A DNA stretch of 64,000 bases from Neoconidiobolus thromboides FSU 785 (lineage: Eukaryota > Fungi > Entomophthoromycota): assembly GCA_025603075.1 (NCBI GenBank), contig MU626321.1, positions 44,990 through 108,989 of the forward strand. The letters are read 5' to 3'. A program made the translations under genes and the position numbers. The notes beneath the pieces are model-generated. The model was not told the DNA's origin. It did not search any database and was given only the letters and a program-made list of their open reading frames with translations. Positions 11,488-22,465 of this stretch are shown here, in pieces. How positions within the stretch are numbered: the first letter of the stretch is position 1; every line of letters begins with the position of its first letter.

Positions 11488-12966
11488 ATGGATGGCCGCA
11501 CAATGTTTGAAGATTTTGAGATAAAAAAATCTTCAAAAACAAAAGTAACTACACGTTTGGATCATTTAACATGGAGTCGTTGGCACACCAAACTCGTTAT
11601 AGTTTTAGGCATAGGGTGGGCATTTGATGCTTTTGAAATCACGATTATCACTGCCATTTTACCAATCATCAAGCGCTACTTCGATGTAACTTCAGAACAA
11701 ACTTCTTTAATTACCACCTTATGGCTTGTTGGTGCCATTGTTGGAAGTTTGGGATTTGGTTTGATTGCTGATCGATATGGAAGAAAGTTTACCTTCGTCA
11801 TTACCATGCTTTTATATTCTTCTATGACCCTTATCACTTGTTTCTCGCCCACTTTTGAGTTTCTGTTAGCATTCCGCTTCTTGACCGCTATCGGTGTAGG
11901 TGCTGAATATACTGCCATTAATGCAACGATTGTAGAATTTATACCTTATAGATATAGAGGCAGAGCTAATGCTGCTGTGATGGGTTTTTGGTGTTTGGGA
12001 GCCTTGATCGCACATGGTCTTCAAGTGCCAATTATTAGGTATTTGAATGATTTTTGGGCCTGGAGAGTAGGCTTTTTGATTGGTGCTTGTGCCTCCTTTT
12101 TTATTATATTTATACGTCGGTTTCTGTTAGAGTCCCCAAGATGGCTGCTATCGCAAGGACAATTTACAAAAGCAGAAGAGATCACTATGAGAATCGAAGA
12201 GTTATGCCAGCAGCAAGACAATTTAATTAACAGTGGCCCAGAAGCAGAAATCATTTTTTATGCTCATCCAAAAAATTCGTTTTTTAGAATTCTAAAGAAC
12301 TTATTTTTAAATTATCCATTTACTGTCTTTTTTGCTGCTATACTCAACGCGTCTCAAGCTTTTGCTGATTATGGTGTCAGTAATTTATTATCGCTCCAAA
12401 TCTTAGAAGATGTGGGTATAACAGGATCTGATAATGCCCTATTTTTCTTATATGGGGTCATATGTACAGTACCAAGCTATATTTATGTAGTCCTTATGAT
12501 CGATCGAGTAGGAAGAAAGCCATTGTTAATTTTTCATTTTATTATATGTATTATTGCTGTTGCCTGCTTTATACCCGCAGTTAATAATTCAGATCCAAAA
12601 GCAGCCTTAATTGGAATCCATTGCTTTTATCAGTTTACTTATAGTGCAGTTATGGCAACGATTTATACAACTATTTCAGAAGCTTTTCCAACTCATCTAA
12701 GGGCGACAGGAATTGGGTTTTCAGTTGCTATTGGTCGTGTGATCGCTGCTATTGCTCCAAGAATTTTACTGGCCATTTATGAAAATAATACATTAAATTT
12801 GGTTATCCCATGTGTGGTTATTATATGCTTCTTATCTTCTGGTTTGTTAGTGTCCCTTCTTTGGATGTGGTTTGGTATTGAAGGTAAAAATACGAGGTTA
12901 GAGGATATGGGCTATAAAACTGAAGTGACTACTTACCAAGGTATAGCGCTAGAAACATTATCTTGA
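11488..12966 (+). CDS. MFS transporter (sugar/aromatic-acid-like, bacterial-type), intronless; paralog 1
   Basis: About 12 hydrophobic segments; motif A GLIADRYGRK; GVGAEYTAIN; ESPRWL; EAFPTHLRATG. Confidence 0.9.
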   Translation: MDGRTMFEDFEIKKSSKTKVTTRLDHLTWSRWHTKLVIVLGIGWAFDAFEITIITAILPIIKRYFDVTSEQTSLITTLWLVGAIVGSLGFGLIADRYGRKFTFVITMLLYSSMTLITCFSPTFEFLLAFRFLTAIGVGAEYTAINATIVEFIPYRYRGRANAAVMGFWCLGALIAHGLQVPIIRYLNDFWAWRVGFLIGACASFFIIFIRRFLLESPRWLLSQGQFTKAEEITMRIEELCQQQDNLINSGPEAEIIFYAHPKNSFFRILKNLFLNYPFTVFFAAILNASQAFADYGVSNLLSLQILEDVGITGSDNALFFLYGVICTVPSYIYVVLMIDRVGRKPLLIFHFIICIIAVACFIPAVNNSDPKAALIGIHCFYQFTYSAVMATIYTTISEAFPTHLRATGIGFSVAIGRVIAAIAPRILLAIYENNTLNLVIPCVVIICFLSSGLLVSLLWMWFGIEGKNTRLEDMGYKTEVTTYQGIALETLS

Positions 12967-13166
12967 GATAGATCACTTTGATTGAAGAGCCTCTAATTTT
13001 ATTTATGATTTCTAATATGAGCTATTATTCCCTGAATTTTAATAATTAAATATATTTATTAAGTAGAAATAAATAGTTGTTTTAATTAAGCAAACGTCTT
13101 TAAAGTTTGTATTTTATTGTTTTGGAAATAGAAATACAGTGTAAAGCCAACAGTCATTTATCATCT

Positions 13167-13499
13167 CTATTTATCTAAGAAAGTAAGATCTAAGGTTTTA
13201 CCATCTCGGCCACCATCACCTTCAAATAATCTTTTAACTCTTTTGCACTCACTATCTAAAATTTCGATGTCTACTGAAAATCTACCAAGGCATTCTCCAA
13301 AATCTTTAGCAACACACTCCCATCCATTTTCACGTTTAGTCCAACATGGTGGACATCCAGTTCCTCTACAGCGTGGCCTTTGACCTCTATAATCTTCTTT
13401 GTTAATTACTATACAATTATCTTCGTCTGGTCTAGGGCATTGGAACTCTTTCCCAAATGCTAAAGTCAATAAACAAGCTATGATAAGACTACGGTTCAT
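13167..13499 (-). CDS. Small secreted cysteine-rich protein, unknown family
   Basis: Signal-like N-terminus MNRSLIIACLLTLAFG, 8 Cys in the mature region including CRGTGCPPCW, and higher GC than its flanks. Confidence 0.7.
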   Translation of the reverse strand: MNRSLIIACLLTLAFGKEFQCPRPDEDNCIVINKEDYRGQRPRCRGTGCPPCWTKRENGWECVAKDFGECLGRFSVDIEILDSECKRVKRLFEGDGGRDGKTLDLTFLDK

Positions 13500-13691
13500 T
13501 TTTGGTTTAATTTTTTAACTGAGTGTTATTTTTAAAGTCATTATATATCCTACACCTATCGATCTTCTTATTGACCTTAGGCTTAGTTTGATTTGGATTA
13601 TCAAGTTTTTATTATCATTTTAATTTTGTTGCTTATTTCATTAAAATAGTTGATCAGGATAATAGTATACTAAGTAAAATAATAACAATAT

Positions 13692-13778
13692 AGGGATATT
13701 TTTTTTGGTTTCATTACTTTTTCCATTTTTTAAGCGTCATTTGAGCGGAAAAATTGTTAGATAAAAAAATACATCCCC
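13692..13778 (+). mobile_element. MITE copy 3
   Basis: Small internal deletion; TSD ATAT/ATAT. Confidence 0.85.
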
Positions 13779-14327
13779 ATATTAAAAATTTTAGCAATGG
13801 TGTTGGAATAACTTTTCAAAAAATATTGACATTGAGTATTATATTTAATGTTATAAATTGAGACGAATTATATCATCAAATAATTTGATATTGTTTGTAA
13901 ATAATATTAATTTAACATTACTTTTTAAATATTAAATATTAGAGTTATATTAAGTTGTTATAACAGTACACTAATGTACTTGGAAACTAACTTTTGACCT
14001 TATTGATAAGCCTATTTGATTTAAATGATTCTTTAATTAAAGATTTGTATTATCGATATTATATTATAAAATTGCTAACATTAAAATTATTATTGTTAAA
14101 ATCTTAGTCAAACTGAAATTTGAAAATCGGGTACTAAAATTATAAACTCAAAACATGGTCATCAGCTAGAACAAATCAATGAGAAATAGAGATAAAAAAC
14201 TAAATGAAAAATTGACTTAAAAAGAAGCCTTCGAAAATAGATCAACAGGCAATAATGTAAAGTAAGAAGTATATAAATAAAATAAAATAAAATAAAATAA
14301 AATAACCTTTATCAAATAATATAAAAA

Positions 14328-14739
14328 ATGTTTAAAAAAATCTATGTAATAGCCTTATTAGCTCCCTTAGTTTACGGAGCAAGTTTAGGTAATTTTCTTA
14401 AAATTTTGATAAAATAACAAACTAAACCATAAATTAGAAAGACGAAGTGAGGTTCTCACCATTCCAGAAACAAGAGCATCAAAGATTTGTGTAAACCTTG
14501 ATCGTGACGTTAGAGTAATTAATTTACCACGTGGTTATAGAGCCAAGGTATATAACGAAAGAGATTGTTATGGGCGTGTTTTGCTTCAAAGTAGCGAAAG
14601 AAGAATCACTGATATTCCAAGAAGCGCAGAGTCAGTTTATGCGTACAGAGATAATGATGATATCGTCATTAATCTTTCGGATTTTAGTGATAGTCGTGGA
14701 AGAAGTTCCTCTTTTTCAGATAATTTAGTCGATTTTTAA
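14328..14739 (+). CDS. Small secreted protein, beta/gamma-crystallin-like pattern (2 exons; not in ORF track)
   Basis: Exon 14328-14388, intron 14389-14437 (GTAATT...TTAG), exon 14438-14739. Protein: MFKKIYVIALLAPLVYGASLERRSEVLTIPETRASKICVNLDRDVRVINLPRGYRAKVYNERDCYGRV...NLVDF*. Confidence 0.75.
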
Positions 14740-15330
14740 ATTTGAAATTGATGATTTTTGTAATGTATATTAAATTTTGAAAATAAACTATTAAATTAAT
14801 AATACCTTATTTTAATTTTAATCTCAGCATATTAAATGTCTTAATTTTAGACACATGGGATTAGATAATTTTCTAATGATGTAGGTTGGTATTATACTTG
14901 AGTCTAGATAATGAAATTTGTTATCAAAAGGTTCTTTGAGCCTCATTTGCATCCAATGACTTTTTGATAGTATATAAAGATTTATTTATTTATCTGAACC
15001 TTTCCTTTTTTAAAATTTTGCGCAGGCTTGCTAATAGTCTTTGAGCCATAAGGTGTATTTGAAATGCTATGAGAGATCATTTTAACGGCGACACCCATCT
15101 AGGAAGGATTTTTACAAAGTATATGTATCTTATAAAAATATTAGCAAACCAAGAAAAGGGCAAAAAACATAAAATATAGCTTAAAATCTAATTTAAGTAC
15201 TATAAAATAACAATATTATAAATAAGCAAATGATACAAGGCTTAATGGGTTTTATAAAGCTACTTAAGCAGCCATAGTTGCAAAAAGAAAGGAGATAATT
15301 TAAAGTAGTACAACAAATAGTTTATGATAT

Positions 15331-15428
15331 AAGGGTATCTTTTTTGGTTTCATTACTTTCTATCTTTTAAGCGCTATTTGAGTGGAAAAATTATTAGTAG
15401 AATTCTCAAACCTAAAAATACATCCCCC
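15331..15428 (+). mobile_element. MITE copy 4
   Basis: Family match; TSD ATAT/ATAT. Confidence 0.85.
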
Positions 15429-15756
15429 ATATAGAAAAATTTTCATATTTGAGTTTGCTTAAAAATTATAGTACATCAGTGTTAGTACGATTTAAAGTTA
15501 AGCAGATTGTTAGTATACTTTCTGGTAAGAGATACTCAAAATATTGAAGTCATTAAAAAATCGATTTCATCATCGTTTAAGTTGATATATAGAGGACTAA
15601 TAATTGGGTTAGTAGAAGGCAGTACGTTTAGTAGGTAATCTTTAATCTACAACTAATGCACATATCAGATTAAATTTAACAAAGCTTAAAAATAAACCAT
15701 GAAACTAAATACAAATATATATTATAAAAAACAACTATGAGTTTGAATTTAGATAT

Positions 15757-15854
15757 AGAGATGGAAGTTTTTTTATCTTATTGCTTACATCTTTTAAGCC
15801 CCATTTGAGCGGAAAAATCGTTAGCAAAATTCTTGAACACAAAAATACATACAT
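15757..15854 (+). mobile_element. MITE copy 5 (diverged)
   Basis: Core match; eroded TIRs; ATAT on both sides. Confidence 0.75.
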
Positions 15855-16334
15855 ATATTACTTTCCTATCAACTTTTTATTTTTTAAACTACAAAGTGCA
15901 CGTAAAATTTTAATATAATAACTTTTTGAATAAAGGTTGTTTTATGTTAGAAGTACCCTGAATATGCTTTAGCTTAAAGGCTAACAAAGCATAATATTTA
16001 CAATCCTTTTAATAAAACTATCAATAAAAGCATTGATAAAGCTAGCATTTTTCCATTTATTTTTATCAAAGTTAGCCATTTAAAGCCATCTATAAAATCT
16101 TTTTTGTCCTGTAACTATCAACTATTTAAATTACTCAAAAAAGTTACTTAATGTTTTAATTTTTATGTTGTTTATTCAATACCTATACTCATCAACTTAT
16201 TTAAAACAACGATTGTATGCTTCCTTTAGTCCTAAGATGAGGGGAGCTAAAGGATATAAACCTAAGTATAGCTCAGACACTTATTTGATCGTTTCATCTC
16301 CTAAACAAACTCTACACTTATATCCTCAAACTAT

Positions 16335-17222
16335 TTATGTTTTTTGCAGAAAAGATTTTACTTCGCCTGCAATTCCACTATGTAATGTAAGTACTAACAA
16401 TCCATTGAAAATCATTCCGAAAACAAATAAAATACTAGCAGTTGAGTTGAGTTCCTTGGCTTGTTTAAAAGAATCATCATATACATACTTGAATGTCGAT
16501 TCGACAAATAAACTGATAAGCGAAACAAGCATACATGTTACGTAGATAGCTAAGATCAAGTATACTTTAAGCGATGCCTTTTTCAAACTTGAGAACGTTT
16601 TTCCACTACCTGCTTCACTACTAGATCCTAGTTCTGCTGACACAATTTCTTTAAATTCACTAATCTCATTAGCTATACAATAGTATGAATATGATAATAA
16701 TCCAACACCAATAAAACAACTTAAAAGAGAATAATGATAAGTGACCGAAGCTAATATATTGTTTCTAACATCTAGTAAACAGCTTAGTTTTGATGATGAA
16801 ATTGCAAATGAATTTGTTGCAGCACAAGTAATTAATAGAAGTGTAAAAATAGTTAAGTTAATTATTACAGGACGATAAGCATATTCGAACAACACTGACT
16901 TTTTAATTTTTCCTAATCTTTCCATCGATAATAAAGCGTTTAAAACAATTTCGTATTGATAAATAAATAATATTATAAAACCATAAAATGAACACCCATA
17001 TTGATTTTCTATTAATTTTTGTCCTTTAATAAAATAATAGATGAGATCAGATAGCACTGCAATCGGTGCAAGAAACTCTAAAAAAGCTAAAGCCATTATC
17101 AACTTTACATCAAATCCTTTACAAGATAATTTGCTTGCAAAATAAATTAAAAATGAATTGACTATTAGACATATTGAAGTTGCGCAAATAGCTGTCAAAT
17201 AAAAAGGTGTAAAGATATACAT
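16335..17222 (-). CDS. Class A (rhodopsin-like) GPCR-like 7TM protein, intronless
   Basis: Seven hydrophobic segments with N1.50 (IVNSF), LAFLE in TM2, Cys at the TM3 start, SMERL (E/DRY-like), ECL2 Cys (KLSCLL), SYYCI in TM5 and FNGLL in TM7. Confidence 0.7.
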   Translation of the reverse strand: MYIFTPFYLTAICATSICLIVNSFLIYFASKLSCKGFDVKLIMALAFLEFLAPIAVLSDLIYYFIKGQKLIENQYGCSFYGFIILFIYQYEIVLNALLSMERLGKIKKSVLFEYAYRPVIINLTIFTLLLITCAATNSFAISSSKLSCLLDVRNNILASVTYHYSLLSCFIGVGLLSYSYYCIANEISEFKEIVSAELGSSSEAGSGKTFSSLKKASLKVYLILAIYVTCMLVSLISLFVESTFKYVYDDSFKQAKELNSTASILFVFGMIFNGLLVLTLHSGIAGEVKSFLQKT

Positions 17223-18225
17223 TAAGGCTAGATCAATTAATCAAACAAAAAAGCTTCCCTTTGTTCATATAATAGATTTTTATCTTAAAATCAATTAAAA
17301 CAGAAAGCTAAAATGAAACACTACCCTTACTGGAGCAAGGATCATAAAAATAGGTTTTTACTTTTCTTATTGAAAGCTAATTTTAGCGGGTTATTCTTAA
17401 TCTTATGTTTCCAATCATGTTCTTTGTAAGTTTATCACTTGTATAATGCTATAGAAATATTTACGATTATTAATTTAAGCTAATATAATCGTACCTTGTG
17501 GAAATATTTGATAAATATCTAATATTTATTATAAGGAACATAGTAAACAATAGCGCACTTAATATAGACGATCATAAGAGATACAACTAACACAATCTTA
17601 AAAAATAAAGTTGTATTACTTTTAAAAAATAGAATCACCTTCACGAAGTTGGTAAAATTATTAGTCTGAGTGCACAATCGTTTCTTGCTTCTTGCTTTCT
17701 ATCTTTACAACTTATATGAAAATCTTACGTTTATTCCCATGGTAACTTAATTATGCTACTTTATAATCCCTCCCAGTTTTATGTTTTTACAAAATTTAGC
17801 TACAATATCCAAATGTCAATAAACAGAAAAATGACAAAAACCAAAATGCAAAGTATGAAGGTTTCAATAATATTCCCTGATATACCAATACAAATGTTAA
17901 AAATATAATTGTATTATTTATAACTATACTGACTATTGGAATAACTAATAGATTAAATGACATGTTAAGGGTTTTGTAAAGCCAAATAAGTTTTAAGTTT
18001 TTTAAATCCCAAGCTGTTGTGTTGCTTATTATGTAAAGTATTAATCGATTAAATTTATTTAATTTAGAAATTAATGTTACTCTTGAAACAAAAATAACCC
18101 TTAATGCTAGAAATTCAAAAAAGTTGGTATTAAATCATTATTCAAACTTAAGCGCATTATAGCCTCTGCAACTCTGTCACAGCTTAATTAACAGTTTATT
18201 TAATAGTAAAACTTTGCTAGAATAT

Positions 18226-18317
18226 ATGGATGTACTTTTTTAAGAATTTTACTAACAATTTTTTCGCTCAAATGGGGGCTTAAAAGATGTAAAAAATAAA
18301 CCCAAAAAAACACCTCC
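18226..18317 (-). mobile_element. MITE copy 6
   Basis: Family match; ATAT on both sides. Confidence 0.8.
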
Positions 18318-18807
18318 ATATAGCTAAAGGTTAGTGATTGGCCATTAAAAGACTAAAGATATATTAATGGTTCTAAAAATTAGTGCAAACAGGCTGGAAT
18401 AGAGTTGTAACAGCTGTATATCAGCCTGAAACAGACTTGAAGCTGTTTTTAAATAGCTACAATTATAGTAAAATAATTTAAAAGAACAAAAGTATATTGG
18501 GATTCTAACTTGTTTGAATCACTTTTTGATATGATTCATTAAGGGCATTTTAAAATATTGAGATTTATTGTACTTAAACCAAGACATATACTAATATTAT
18601 TTTATACAACGTAAAGGCAACTTCTAACCACACTAAATTTAATCTTACATTATTCTATGCTTATTCTAATACAATAAATCTAGATAATATTTGTAATGTT
18701 ATTTAACAATTATTATCCAAATTTGATTTTAAAAATGTGATTTATGATTCATATTCAAATTCAAATTTAGTCATCTTTTCTAACTTTTTTTAACGAAAGC
18801 TTTTTAT

Positions 18808-18902
18808 GGGGATGTATTTTTAGGTTTAAGAATTTTACTACCAAATTTTCCGCTCAAACAGCGCTTAAAGAATAGAAATGATGAAGTCAAAAAAACATCC
18901 CC
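18808..18902 (-). mobile_element. MITE copy 7
   Basis: Intact GGGGATGT...ACATCCCC; TSD TTAT/TTAT. Confidence 0.9.
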
Positions 18903-19641
18903 TTATCTATAAAAATGTTTTTCTATAGTTAAGATCAATTTAATCTGACATTTTTTTATTAGTCAAATCAAAGCTTATTCACATGAAGAATATTACTTTT
19001 TATTAATATTATTATTTATATTATATGTAGTAACTTAAATGGTAGTATAATTACTCTTGATAAGTTTCTAATCATGTTTCACAAACACTTTTTGGCAGGG
19101 AGTATCTTAACAGACTAATGACTTCAATTAACATTAACTTTGGTATTTTAATATTTTTAATAACTTTGAAGTGAATAAGTTTAAAAGTTTGATTAAGATT
19201 TTCTAATTTACTTTATTTGTTCATTTTCTATGTAGCGTAAATTTTGAAATTTTTTAAATCTACTAACCAAATTGTTGATTTGAAGGAAAATTTCCATATA
19301 TTTAATTATAATATTTTGAATAAAAAATATAAGCGAAAACATCCTTATCAAAATATCTTTAAACCAAAAATTAAGATGATATTTTAAAAAGCTATTGTTT
19401 ATTATAATTTAATTTATCATTGTTAAAGTTAGATAGATGGTTGGAGCAAATTTTGCAATTTTGAACTCTTTGCCTTTTTAAAACAAAAGGACTCCTAAAA
19501 ATCAATTCCTTTTTTTAGAAATAAAGTGCTAGCCCAAAATAAATAAATCCAACCAAGGGATGAAAAATAGATTTAATTACATTTTAGTTTTAAAATGGTG
19601 GAAAATACTTTGAGCTATCTTTAACTTAATAATGAATATAT

Positions 19642-20206
19642 GGGGATGTTTTTTTTGATTCCATTACTTTCCATTTTTTAAGCGCTATTTGAGTGGAAAA
19701 ATTGTTAGTAAAATTCTGTGAAATCTGGTACTCAGGGTTTGGAGTCAAGAACAGCTATTGCTGGGTTGACCACACTATAAGTGGAAAGGTCTTAGTTTAT
19801 GTGACTAAAATAGACTTGGATTATGAGGAATAGCACGTAATAGGTTACAAGCTATATAAGACAAATAGAATAGACAATACTACTATAAAATCTACGTAAA
19901 ATACTATTAAGGAAACTCAGTGGCTTTATTAAATGTTCGAGATATCAGGGAATAATCCAGTTAAAAAGCCTCGAACTATTATACTCTGTAAACTCTTTTA
20001 TACTCTGAAAAGTATAAATATCAAAATGGGAAGATAATATTCTTTGGGATGGAGCTAGAAATTCTCATAGCAAATCAAAACAAGAACGTGGGATTGATTT
20101 TCTCTGAACTCAAGAACACAACAGCTTAGGCGATTGTTATGTTATAATTAACCATGAGACTGACAAAGCGATATTTCACAATTCTTAAACGAAAAAATAC
20201 ATCGCC
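19642..20206 (+). mobile_element. MITE copy 8, split by solo LTR
   Basis: Halves 19642-19716 and 20181-20206 rejoin to a full copy; TSD ATAT/ATAT. Confidence 0.9.
19717..20180 (-). mobile_element. Solo LTR-like element (464 bp) nested in a MITE
   Basis: TGTGAAAT...ATTTCACA termini; 4-bp TSD ATTC (19713-19716 and 20181-20184); TATAAAA and AATAAA on the minus strand. Confidence 0.85.
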
Positions 20207-20339
20207 ATATAGTGTAATGCAAACTTAATACTCTTATGTTTTTTAAATTATCATTTGTTAATTAGTTTTTTAATTAAAATGCTTATAATGAATATTTAAA
20301 ATATCATCATTAAAGTATTAAGTTTGCATTACACTATAT

Positions 20340-20434
20340 GGGGATGTATTTTTTCGTAAGAATTTTACTAACAATTTTTCCACTCAAATAGCGCTTAAAA
20401 AATGGAAAGTAATGGAATCAAAAAAAACATCCCC
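20340..20434 (-). mobile_element. MITE copy 9
   Basis: Intact TIRs; TSD ATAT/ATAT. Confidence 0.9.
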
Positions 20435-20650
20435 ATATCTTAAATTTCATAAGTATAAAATATTGATGCATTTTGTATTTTAATAAATATCTCTATTTAA
20501 AATAAAATAAGGAAAATCTTTAATAAACTGCAACAAATCTTAAAAAAATAAAATAGTCATGAATACCATCGTATAATAGCAAAAAAGCATTAAACTTCTT
20601 TTAATTTTATTATTTTAAGTTAGTTGCCAAGATTATAGGTCGTCAACAGT

Positions 20651-21922
20651 CTAAGATTTAGTAATTGGAACTTCTTTAACATTAAGTTTAGCGACTAGTT
20701 CTCTAGGGGTATCTTTTAATAAAGCTGGGTTATAGGTAGGGAAAGGTGGTTTGAAACCTTGAGGTGGTTGATAACTTTGCTGTTTACTAAGTCCATATTT
20801 TTGAAGTCCTATCTTTCTAACTGAGTCTACTAAAGTGACATATTGTTCATTAAAGCCTGGGATACATCCTTTTAAATAAATCAAATTTAATTCAGTGTCG
20901 ATTTTGATAACCTAAAAAGTTATTTTTAAATTATTTGATCAATAAAATTCTAAGATTTAATTCAAAACTTACTTTGCAGTTTTGTACTGTAACAAAATTC
21001 CCGCCCATTCTACCAGGCATTTTTTTACCCTTGAAAACTTTACCAGGCTGAGCACGTTGACCTGTAGAACCAATAGAACGATGAGTTAAAGATACACCAT
21101 GAGACGCTCTTAAACCTGCAAATCCATGGCGCTTCATACCACCTTGGAAACCTTTACCTTTACTATTTACAATTAGGACAATCAATTTGACTCATGAATA
21201 ATCTTACCTTGGTGCACGAGCATCAACAAATTGGCCAGGTAAAAAGTGAGCTGCAGACAAAGTGGTTCCTAGATTGTTATTAGTATAATGTAAAGTGATA
21301 AATGATGAACATTTTAACTCTAAAAAACTTACCAACAGGCAAAGTAGCGTCAGAGCTAACTTTAAATTCGACTAAACGATGCTTTGGTTCAACGCCTTTA
21401 CTAATAAAATGTCCAAGAAGGGGTTTACTAACTTTATGTTGTTCACGGTTTACAGCACCAAGCTGTAAAGCTAAATAGCCGTCCACTTCTTCAGTTTTTT
21501 GAAATACTACTTGGCAGTCTTCGACCTTTTGATTTTAAATATTAGTATGTTTATTTTTTGCCATAAAATTATCTTGTTTTTATAGCTTATTAGTACATTT
21601 AAATGCATACCTGTAACACAGTGCATGGGATCTGATTACCACTTTCGTCCCATATGCAGGTCATTCCTTTTTTCTTTGCTATTAAACCACAACGTTTTGA
21701 GCTTTTTGGATCAAATTCATTCTGTTCAATTTCGTTAACTTCTACTCTTTCATACTCTATTTCGGGTCTAAAAACTTGATACTTTTGGCCTAAACTTTGT
21801 GTCGAATCACTACTTGATAATCTCAAACTCGTTATATTGGGCTTAGGGATAGTGGCTTTGATAGTGGCCCCCAAGCTGTTTATTATGTTATTTTTATATA
21901 GTGTTAGTGCTCTTCTAAACAT
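20651..21922 (-). CDS. MRPL3: Mitochondrial ribosomal protein uL3m (multi-exon)
   Basis: [68 protein letters not shown]; basic presequence; GT-AG introns. Confidence 0.95.
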
Positions 21923-22465
21923 TTTCTATTTTTGATTTTCTATATGAATTGGATATTAAAAATAAACAATTGCAATTTGAGTTTTTCGCCTTAATACTTA
22001 TGGGATATTTTTAGCTTTAATTAAAAATTTGTTCATTTTAAAGTTCAACTTTTTATGAAAAAATCTTAGTATTACAAATAATGATATTATATAATGTTGA
22101 TAACAAATACAAAAAGATATACTCTTATTAATATTAGGTACATGTTTCCAAGTCAACACATTATAAATTAATATTTTTTCATTTTTATTTACTGAGTTGT
22201 TATTTTCGAAATAAAATGTATCAAGTGGGGTTCAACATAGTTTGCAGCTTTAAATTCTGTCAATTCATTTGAACATTTGCACTTCCTTATCCAACAATTA
22301 CCTATTAAAAAGGGCTATAAAGTACGGATAAATTCACTTTTAAAAGCAACAACTTAATAAAATTTATATGCCCACTTACCAATTTAGGAATGATCTAGTC
22401 ACTTTTTTTGGCAAAGAATGAAAACACAACAATAACTTTTTAACCAAAAATCAGTTCTAATCAAA
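21923..22465. promoter_or_regulatory. Likely shared divergent promoter (uL3m / GPR89)
   Basis: 543-bp AT-rich gap between head-to-head start codons with no repeat insertions. No specific site identified. Confidence 0.4.

Noticed and set aside
14274-14305. (AAAAT)n run upstream of the secreted gene
   Set aside because: Ordinary microsatellite in AT-rich DNA.
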